A stretch of DNA of 62,444 bases, the filler included, from Choristocarpus tenellus KU-1152 (Eukaryota; Protista; Phaeophyceae), in assembly GCA_964200185.2 (NCBI GenBank). It is 8 parts of 8 records of this genome, joined end to end, with 100 filler letters (N's around TTAATTAATTAA, not from the genome) between each part and the next. Parts side by side here need not be neighbours in the genome. Positions count along the whole stretch, not along the records: positions 51,079 to 62,444 come from CAXNAD020002365.1; 7 more parts are not named here. One strand, 5' to 3'. Of the stretch, positions 52,657 to 62,444 are shown one piece after another; within the stretch, counting starts at the first letter, position 1; every line of letters begins with the position of its first letter. The position numbers and the translations under genes were made by a program. A model generated the notes under the pieces. It worked only from the letters and a program-made list of their open reading frames with translations. It did not search any database and was not told where the DNA came from.

Positions 52657-53482
52657 CGGGACATAATACTAAGTGGGGGAGGTAGACAGACAGACAGGCA
52701 GGCAGGAAGGTTGTTCATGGGGGGTACAAGAGTTATTCCTCTTCTTTCGGGGAACTGGGACTAGGCAAGATCAGATAGAGGGGAGGGTGGGATCACCAGT
52801 GTGATCACTTGCATTGTTTCACACGTTAGTTCACAGGAGATTTTTTAGGTGGCTTTTACTTAAGCAGGGCATGGTGGTTGATGGCTTGCGCTTCTATCGC
52901 TAGGTGCGATTTTTGCGGTGTTGGTTGGGTGCGTTCAAACCCTCTCATACCGCTGTGAGTTGCTTGGTGGACCATCGGAATGGTGAGTTGGTTGTGTTCA
53001 TTCCACGTTTGTGTGTGGATGTTGCGTGTTAGTCTGTGCTGTTGCCTTGCCGATAAAGCAGCCCCTTACTCTGTTGTCATACTTCGGCTGTATTTTTGCA
53101 GCAATTGCTTCTTGCTTGTGTTCCATTGGTGAAGTGTTTGTGCTGCTTTTAGGAGTTCTCACCGCTTGAGTAGTTGGCTTTCATCAAGTAAACAAGAAGT
53201 AGTGCATGAAATAGGTGCTGGGGCGGAGACGGAGAACAACATAAGAGGTGCGATCATTGACCTCTATTTTCCTTCTTTTGCTGCCTGTTTGTACAGGGTC
53301 TCAGAGGGTGTAGTAAAAGGTGTCGGGTATGATACAAAACTTATTGTACAAGTATTATGATCTGGTTCCTACATAATAATACATCCAAGTGGTATAAAAA
53401 ACATTCTAAAATGTACAGGTGTGGACATTTTGAACATCTCTTCATCCTCTTGCCATTGTTCTACCTATTGATTAATTGAATG

Positions 53483-53730
53483 GGACCAAAGTAGAAGAGA
53501 GGCACCCGGTTGTTGGCCGTTTTGGATATTAAGTCTGTTGTTCAATCTTTTGCAATTCTCCCATACTTTTAAGGAGAAAGTTCGATGTTTGACTAGAAAT
53601 TGTATATTTCTCTGTTGTTTGAAACTTTTCCGAGACAAAGCAAAAAATATCCTTCACACATTATTTGAGCCTAACTTTGAACATGTTTGTCAGCACCCTT
53701 AAAATACAACTCTGGGTACCTCCTTTACTC
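53483..53730 (-). mobile_element. MITE family C (reverse, diverged)
   Basis: GGACCAAAGTAGAAGAGAGGCACC...CTTAAAATACAACTCTGGGTACCTC. Confidence 0.75.
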
Positions 53731-53744
53731 AATGATGGCTAAGA

Positions 53745-53925
53745 GACCCAAAGTATCTGGGAGGGGGGGAGTGGTCTACAGCATGGTGTCCAATTAGGTC
53801 AAAATCACGAAAAGTGCGTTTTCATTATCCATCCGACGTATGCAACCAAATCACCCAAAAAATCGCGACATGAAAAAATTGACCCCAAATGGATAGCCTC
53901 CACCCTCTCCCAGATACTTTGAGCC
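53745..53925 (+). mobile_element. MITE family B, complete copy (~181 bp), 3-bp TSD AGA
   Basis: TIRs GACCCAAAGTATCTGGGAG and CTCCCAGATACTTTGAGCC. Confidence 0.88.
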
Positions 53926-54595
53926 AGATGTCGTTTCTATGTGGTAGTTCCATGTTATTTCGTCATGTTGAAATGTGAGTCGTAACTTGTTACGCACTTT
54001 CTACTTGAACTGGTTGCGGACATCGTGTTTTTGTTTACTTTTCTCCATTTACGTTGAAAGATTATATGCTTTGTAGTACTCCGAGTGCATACAATGAATT
54101 AATCCCAGTACCACTAACATCTCCAGTAGTGTGGGACTGCCCCGATCTTAGGTAGCTGGAGGCATGGTGTTGTTAATAAAGAGAATTCCTAGTGGACCCA
54201 ATACACGATGGGTTGTTCACCACATAGTAGGACTACTACTGTCCGTGTACGTAGTACTAGTACTATGGGTATGCATTCAGTCAGTTGTAGTTGCCTTTTA
54301 CCACACGCTGTATCATGTCATTCGGTGTATTACAGGTGCTTCTACTACAGAAACCTCCAGATTTTACGGACTCTTCTTTGACATTGCTTACGCTCCACAG
54401 GAAAAAGTAGCAACAAGTGGTAGGGCTTGAAGGGGCAATCTCCCCTATACAAACAAGGAGAGAATTTCGCGAATGGTAAAGAGTTGAATGTACTGTGATT
54501 TTAGTATTTTGTAGTGGAAATGTTAAACAAAACCCAATCGGTTTGGTAATAACCAGATCCCCTTGTATCCATTACAATATGCTCACTGTCTTATA

Positions 54596-56223
54596 AGTCT
54601 GGGCCGTTAAATTGTAGCTCTTCAGGATGACCTCCGATTGTAAAGCGGACCTTTGCGTTGGATTCCTTGGAATGTTTTACATTAAAAAACTATACCTCAC
54701 CTTTTTCGGCACCGTCACCCCACCAATCCAGGGCCGCCACGGAGGCCACTCGGTCTACTTATCTCGCCAACTCACCCTCCCGCTGCCTTTTTTTGGTCCC
54801 GGTGTGCTCTACCTTGAAATCGTTCCCCCCAGTGCCCTCAAAACCCACCTGATTGTACCTCTTAAACAGACTGCCACAATCTCTCGAGCGTGTCTGCGTT
54901 GTACGTGTGGAACATGCATGAAATCCCCTCTACAAGTTCATCAACAGTGCCATAACACCCCGCCCAAACCCTGCTCTTCAGAGATGCAAAATACCCCAAA
55001 CCAGTGATGTTGAGATCCGGAGACTGCACTGGCTGCGTCACAAGGTTAATGCTCCATCCCTCCTCCATCTCTGCTACGTTCAGCTTCTGCACTGTGCCCT
55101 TGCCCGTATGCATGGTCACGCCGTCATGCTGTATGGAGGCCCCTCTGATTCCAGTCACGGCTTATTTTCCTTCATCGCTGGTGACGTCGACCTCATACTC
55201 CTCGCCCTTTGTGTGCCACACTGTAGTCCATTGCGCCTCCTTTGTCGCAACCTGCCAGATCCCGCTCTTGCTGTCAAAATCATGGGAAGGATCCGGGCGC
55301 GAAACGGCGGTGATGAACATCACTTTGGGAATGTGACTCTTGTGATGCACCTTCTTTGTCAAGCCCACCTTTTCCCCCCCCAGGAACATGCGCATCATCT
55401 GTTCTTTGCGGATGAGGTAGAACCACGCCTCATCGATGTGAAAGGTGTTGAGGTCAGTTCAGTAGGTTTTGTGGTTGCAGAAGATCTGGTCAAGGATGAA
55501 GTCCACCCTGTTCTTCTTGTGAATGAACGAAAGGCTAGGGGTGATGAGCCGCTGAACTCTCGTTGCCCCCATGACTTTGAGCCAGCAATGAAGCTTTGAG
55601 CTGCCGACGGCGAGGCCCACTTCGGTAAGCTTGGTGGAAAGTTGGTCGATAGTCAGCATGCGATTACTGGCGCTGATTTCCCGGATCTTTGCTTGTTTTG
55701 TAAGGGTAAAGTCCAGCGGCCATCCAGATTGTGCTTGTGGATGCAGGGAGATGGTATTCCTCCTGTCTAACTGTTCTTTGACGCGCGCCCACACCTGTCT
55801 AGGGTGTCTATTTCCCACTCCAAACTCTTCGGCAAATTTAGACCCCACACCCTTTGGGAGCTTCTTGTGACCTGGAGGAAGAGCCAATGTGTAATGCAGA
55901 GCAAGTGCGGTCCAATCTTCCTTGATCAGCTTGCGGTTCTTTCCCCGAGACGGTGGGCTTCATGATGGGGATGACGGGCTGTGGGGGCTCGCCATGGGGA
56001 TTGTGAGAGTTGTGCGACTCCACCCTGCAGCAGGAACAGTAAAAAATGATAAAAATATGCCCCACTCTGCGTTCCATTATTTCGGAACCATTTCAGAACA
56101 TATTTATTCGTAGAATTCTTTGGAATTTAGTTTTTAAGGTCAAATATTCCAAGGAATCCAACACAAAAGTCCATTTTGTAATCGGAGGTCATCCCGAAGA
56201 GCTATAACTTAGCGGGCCAGACC
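54596..56223 (-). mobile_element. Full-length but inactivated Tc1/mariner-superfamily element (plant/oomycete DD39D-like), ~95-bp TIRs, TA target duplication
   Basis: TIRs AGTCTGGGCCGTTAAATTGTAGCTCTTCAGGATGACCTCCGATT... and their inverse ending at 56223; TA at 54594 and 56224. Motifs HIDEAWFYL, HKSHIPKVMFITAVSRP, IQHDG, QPVQSPDLNI.GLGYFASLK. Internal stops. Confidence 0.93.
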
Positions 56224-59200
56224 TATTGGACAGAGGGAATATTATTTTGTTCTTTTTTTCGGATTAGGGTTAGGGTTAGCATTGTGGATGCATATTACTC
56301 TACTTGTGGATATGTACGGGGATCTGTATATTACCAGTTCGCTTAGGTTCTGTTTCCAACTATTCATTCTATATTTTCGAAAGGGAGGAATGTGGTACGA
56401 CGAGTTTTGGACTCTTTCCCATGACTTACTCTCTCATATTTTCGACCTCACTACTAATTGAAGACAATTTCCGAACATGTTTTATTGTTCTGCAATTGGG
56501 CGTGCCATACTCCACTGGACATGTGTTAGGCTGTACAGGTATCACTTCATCCACTACCAATCGTTATATTTAACTTTGCCGACATCTTCTCTCACCTTCT
56601 ACAAAAGACACTAGAATCAGTGGAATGTGCTTGGGGATGACTTCAAGTATGTCCTTGCGCGTACTGCAAGATCGAATATATAGGGTTAGGGTTGCTACCA
56701 CCACATCGTCCACATTTCCCGTCATCGCCCCAATTGAGGTAGTTTGAGCAAAAGTTTCACTCAACTAAAGAAAAAAGTGCACACACACACACACACACAT
56801 AATCTTCTTGCTTCAGTATGACAACATTCTCTCTAATTCACCTATAATTCCTCCTCCTTCATCCCTACACCCAACCTGCATTTAAATTTTCTGCGAAGAC
56901 AACTCCCTCTGGCGTACACTATCCTTACCCACATGGTTGCTTTCCCCCACAAGTAGCCTGACCTTTTTCTTGGCTTGCTTCGCTGGTTTGCAGCCAGCTC
57001 AGTCTGCCACTGTGGCAGCTCCTCCATCTTCCCTACTCCCTTCACCCCGCCCCCCGTCCCCCCTTTTGTCTATCTGGCTTCCCCTTTAACTGACACTACT
57101 AGTAGTAAATTCCATGATGACTATTGTATGCAGCCAGCAAATGACACCCTCATTTTTACTTGGCATTACCCAGCCCCACTCTCTCCACACACACACACCA
57201 TTGCCTGACTTTATTTTTCAAAATTGGGGTTCTTCCTGAGTTTGGGGTTGAGGTTATCACTACAGCATGGAACTAAATCACTGCAACAACGCCCAGACTC
57301 TCTGAGAAAGAAAGCCTAAGTGGATAATATGCATTTGTTCTCCATGCATGCAGAGGCAATCAGCTAGGTAACCTAAACCTCTCGCTTAATAATGAGCAAA
57401 CACAGATGACGTACTTACGACCAGTCATCAGGAATAAGCTGGTATACCATCAAGAGCAAATAGTCATGACCCTGGAGGAATCACACCGAACCTTCCACCC
57501 ACCCTGCATGACATTGGAATTGTTAAGCAACCTAGCTAGATTAAGTCCTAATGAATGACAAGTAAGTGCTGCACATTGAAAGATGCATTCTTGTAATTCT
57601 GCGCTGAAGTGTAGAGTAGACGGCAGTTGCTTAACAATTAGGTGATTCGAACCCTAGGTGTGGAGGCAACTACTGCAAGGAAGGGGCCTCTTCCAGCAAC
57701 ACTTAGACTCATCCTGAAGAAAGAAAGCTTCATCATCATCAGTGGATATTATACATGTAAGTATGTATTTTTGCACTTCGCTTTTTTTTGTTAGGGTTAG
57801 AATTAGAATAAATTGCATATAAGCAATTATTAGTGGGTGTGTTCCTCTGTAAACATGACCACCTGTATGCCTGATGCGCCTTTCTCTACCCTACCCCACC
57901 CCCTCGCTCTATACCCAATTGCTTCCATGAGAAGGGAGGGTCACCCCACCTATTACTCTTTTTCGTCGTCTGACTGACTCAGGTATTATTATACCAAAGG
58001 ATTGAAACGACATCTTGGAAATGAACTTTTGTTCGTATTCGTTTTTGTTGCAACCTAAATGATGTTACAAATGCACCAACTCGCCACTTACATTTCCAAG
58101 GTAGGAGTTCCCATTTCAAGGAAGTTTTGTTTTTCAATTTCAGATATTTTCAAGTCATACTACTCTACAACATTAGTAGTTCTTAGTTGTGACGTTTTCA
58201 CCTCCAATTAAGATCTAACATTTTTCACTTTTGTGACAATTGTTACTTCTTCAGGGATTCTTCGGACATGTGAAAAGTTTTCATTAGTTTCTCCCCTCCT
58301 ACTACATAATATACAAAGTGTCAGACGGCATAATGAGCCGACTCTATCATTAATTGGCGACTTTGCTGTTTATCTTCGTTCTTTGAAGTTGAACGCTTTA
58401 AGCCTGTTGCCTTCCTCATAAGATTTTTCAGTTTCTTGATACGGTGCTCACCAAACCAATAATACCGCCAGTAGCTATGAATTGCTTGACGATCACCTCT
58501 ATTTTTGGTACAATATTAGTGTATGATATAATTAAGTATATATAAACTAAAAAATGGTGAGAAATCAAACCAATGACAATTTCATATCCAAATATTTTCT
58601 GGTTTGAAATAAATATACCTGACCAAATTGAGTGTAAGAATCTTAACAACCGAAATGTGATTTCTGTCATTGTAGGACAGGATTTTTTAGCTACACACGA
58701 CCTTGACAAACGCCCTAGAAATAGCCCGAGTTACGTCCCTGCATCCCAAGGACCAATAATTCTAGGGAGTATCTCTTGATCACGTGCATGCTACAGCTAC
58801 AGTAGACCAGGTCCGTAGTCTATAGAGCCCCACAACTAACTATAGGTTTACGAGTGACTATTAAGTAGTTTAATAGTATGAACATCCACAACGCATAGTA
58901 AATTGTAACGGAAATATACGCTCCTACAATTTTATTCACATTCGCACTTCATCAACATGTCCACCTACGACGTTTCTGAGTTGTTGATGCTTACAGATGC
59001 GATTGGATGAGCTTGATGAGCAGAGAGAACCTTGGCAGCTGGGACACTTGAAGGCCGAGAGGGCAAGGATTGGGAGGGCTTCCTTGGCGCAATCATGGCC
59101 AAGGCGAGGTGTACGAAAACATCTCACCAACACGGAAGTCACTGCCCCTTGTCGGCAATCATTGCACTATCTGCTTACCAACGATGCCTCCCAATTTTTC

Positions 59201-59756
59201 AACAGAGTCAGACCTGGCATTGCGATGGTCCTAATAAATTGAGCGCTGAGAGCTTTCTTCATCCTCGTCTTATCACCCTGAGCACTCCTATGTCCACGCT
59301 CTCATAGTCGAAGTCACGCGCAATGCAACTTACTTCTTTGAGCTGATAGTTCTGAACATCGTGTTGAGAAAGATACTAAAGCTGACGTTCTTCAATATCA
59401 GAGCCATCCATATTCTACTCTTCGGGTCCATCTCATACTGCCGCAGCGGTTCATGTCAATCCATCACGTACCACGCATTGGAGTATCTTGTTGTCGATTC
59501 AGTCAACTACAATCGTATTTCCTGCGAAGTAGTTGATTTTGTCAACGGCACTCCACTATTTTCATATCCCACTCTAATAGCTCGTACCTACCTTTCAATT
59601 TCCCCTCGCCCAATCCCCCCACCTACCACCATCCAAAATCTATCCGAACCATGCGTTTGTTTCTAATCCCAGGGAGGGAAGAAGAAAGGAAAGAAGAAGG
59701 TTCCTGAAAAAGCGATTGTGACTACGCGCTACATTGAGACGGAGCGCGCACGGTGC

Positions 59757-62022
59757 ATGTGCCCACGCCTTGGGGATGCCTATGCTAGATCGGAGTTCGC
59801 CCAGGACTTGAGAATTGATGTGGTCTTCCACCGACTGCGCAAGGTGCCCTTCTAGTGACTGTAGAGCTCTATGTTCAGGCAACTCACTTGAACAACGCGA
59901 AAGTTCCACCAAAAGCAAGGCTGAAGGAGAAGAAAGCAGAACCCAACCATCCATTATATAGAGACGTTGATAGTGGTATATATATACCTCTGTTAGAGAG
60001 TTCATAGGGAGATAGATACTCCTTTATCCATCCTCAGAAGGTTGGGAGGGAAGACGTGCAGGATCTTCCCAGGAAAAGGGCATTAAGGAAGTCCTTTGAC
60101 CACCACAATAGGCACCAAGCAATACATGATGTATGTGGGATGTTGATGGTACATTATTGGTAACTTACTCCTTGACTAGAGTCTTGTTTCAATAATACTG
60201 ATCAGAGGTGTTGGATGAAACACAAGCAGATATACTTGCAGGCTCTTTTCGGACAGTGAGGATACATGGGTAGTAAGGTACAACAGTCTTACTTTTTCTT
60301 CATTTGAGTTGGGTTGGATTAGTGCATATCATTATTAAGTGCTTGAAGGAAACTACTTGCATGCCCAAATGACATCGATTCAAGGTACACGAGTTCGAAG
60401 AAGACCTGTTGATCTTTTAGAATAGAAACACCAGTCCCCCCTTACACATCCGTGCTCACACATTGCAGATATCCAATTCCATGCAAAACAGTGGTTGGGA
60501 TGGGCTCTTCAGCAACCTAATTCTTGCATTGCTATAACCTTGGTCATTGACCACATGAAAAAAACTACACATAGCTCCTTTAAAGCATCTCGTATTGCCA
60601 ACATCTCAACCAACACATAAACTGCTGGACGAAGGTGGTGGACAAGGGCCTTGACACACTTGACTTGGCTGGAGGGGCTTTAGGAATCCTGCCAGAGGAG
60701 ATGCGCCACCGGCCAGAAATGCACAGTCTGACAGACCTCAACCTCAGCCGAAATCAATTGTTCAATAGTGACCATGTCTTTGGAGTGCTGTCTGGCCTGA
60801 ACGGGCTCAGGTAGAGCCCTCAACATTGGCCCTTCCATTGCTCATAATCTCAAATACATCCCCAACTGGACTTGGCGCCAATGTTTCTCGCTCCTATGTA
60901 GAAAACGTTGGAGTCAAGGCATTTAAGAGGGCAGGACTGCATCTGTCCGGGGTCAAAAAACCAATGTTGTGATTTTGATGGATTTTGGCCATCATGTTTG
61001 TTAACAAGAGTCCATATCCTTGCTCCAGACATACCTTTCATAGTTGTATACATTTTAGGTAACTGTATTCACACAGAAAACCGATGAAGGGCATAAAAAA
61101 CAAATGGGAAGCCAAGTCCCGAACGGATATACAGGGCGAAAACTCCTATCCTCTTAAATGCTTTGACTCTTGACACTATCCCAAACCTTGCTATTTTCCT
61201 GATCCTGAGCACGATCCAAGTAAGCAATTAATACATGTATTTGACTGTGGTCTTACCCCTAAGCTATATCATCATCAAGAAAAGCCTTGTCATTTCCACA
61301 GACACACATGATCCAACATATCAATATATACCTTCTGTAGTCCCGTATATCTACTCTGAAAAATATATTCTTCACAGCATATCTGGGTGATATACCAAGG
61401 TCAAGGGAATAAGAAGCTACATGGCAGAGCCATCTCATCTGCTGAACATGACAGACATACTATCGTTGTATCGGTCGGTGTAGGCGCAGAGTTTCGTGTA
61501 GCAGTTAACCTAGTATATCATGATCTGCCTTGATCTCATCCATTCACAGAGAGTACAGCTTACCAAACCTAGACCCTATGTTGAGTCAATCCCTTGGCTT
61601 GTAAATGCTTGTTTCAGTGTGTTGATTATGGTAATGGTAATAGAAATGACAGCAATGATGGCAATAACAATAATGAGCGAATACATTTTGCAATACAGTA
61701 TTTTCAATTTTGTGCTCACATTGATAGAGCAAAACTCAAACTTTGAACTTATTTTCTCAAGTCTTGACCTTATCAATTAGCTGCCCCGCATCAATTCCCT
61801 AACTCTAAAATTTTGTTTGTCTTGTTTTTACTGCTAAAAAAATAAAAAAAAAAAGAGCGTAAAAGTATGTACAACCTTCCTACATCACACCGTTCCCTCT
61901 CCGGCCCCAACTGTTCCATTGACAGGAAGCTGGACCTCACGGATAATTTCCTCAATGGACCGCTTTCAGAGACTGTAGGATGTTTGCACAACATCGAGGA
62001 GATGCATCTAGATGTCAACCAG
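59757..62022 (+). CDS. Leucine-rich-repeat protein, 5' part. Exons 59757-59843, 60635-60810, 61926-62022
   Basis: LDTLDLAGGALGILPEEM, LTDLNLSRNQL, L(R)|KLDLTDNFLNGPLSETVGCLHNIEEMHLDVNQ fit LxxLxLxxNxL. Junction phases are consistent; the first exon is less certain. Confidence 0.82.
60911..61169 (+). mobile_element. MITE family A' in an LRR-gene intron, 3-bp TSD TTG
   Basis: TIRs GAGTCAAGGCATTTAAGAGG and CCTCTTAAATGCTTTGACTC. Confidence 0.9.
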
Positions 62023-62424
62023 GCAGGCAGGCCCGCCAAATGCACATATGTTTCAACAGCATCATACAGTCAAGTCCTGAACACGTATCAATACTCTTAC
62101 GCATGTATTGGAAATTAACTACACGGTACTTAGGTAGCAAAATATGGAGTGTGTAGATATTGCTAATTCTCGCCTTCCTGAGTATTAGGACTACTGCACA
62201 AATATATATAGCCAATACATCTCGTCTTATAAGCATCATCTCTTTTGGGAATGCGTTGACGTTTTCGCAACTCATACACAGAGAAACAGGTGGTAATAGG
62301 GTAGGTCGCCCATCTTTCTAGCCTTGTTGACTTGCACATAGAATGAAGCTCTGTTAGCTATGACAGTTTTTTTTTCTGATAGAAGCAAAGGTACTACTCC
62401 TTCAGTGAGTGACAGACAGAGAAA

Positions 62425-62444
62425 GGGTCAAAGTATCTGGGGGG
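62425..62444 (+). mobile_element. MITE-B terminus at window end
   Basis: GGGTCAAAGTATCTGGGGGG. Confidence 0.7.

Noticed and set aside
56560-57050. Harbinger-like N-terminal relic; similar weak TE-like traces at 1300-1950, 19170-19900, 49600-50950 and 58950-59520
   Set aside because: Too degenerate to support a family call by eye.

Overview
Eukaryotic, intron-rich and transposon-rich DNA. It is most consistent with a photosynthetic stramenopile (brown-alga-like lineage), based on a bipartite plastid-targeting presequence, spliceosomal introns and TTAGGG repeats. The window is not contiguous: seven identical 100-nt linkers (N44-TTAATTAATTAA-N44) join eight contigs, so adjacency across them means nothing. 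Host genes: a RanBP2-type Zn-finger protein, a small plastid-targeted single-TM protein, a PH/coiled-coil protein with a Cys cluster, CstF-64 (CSTF2/RNA15), an LRR protein, tRNA-Leu(UAG) and several unidentified multi-exon genes. Mobile DNA: a TA-flanked mariner-like element with ~95-bp TIRs; decayed copia, gypsy, LINE, RLE-type non-LTR and Harbinger-like relics; an intron-containing Sola-like (DUF7869-type) transposase pseudogene; and about 20 copies of four MITE families that share one terminal motif. The most unusual signals are (i) short TTAGGG tracts apparently written into internal sequence, including the same GGTT insertion in both TIRs of one MITE and a tract replacing sequence in one unit of a tandem repeat, and (ii) the transposase plus MITE system, whose target duplications are a mix of 3 and 4 bp. 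All family assignments come from motif recognition by eye; no searches were run.
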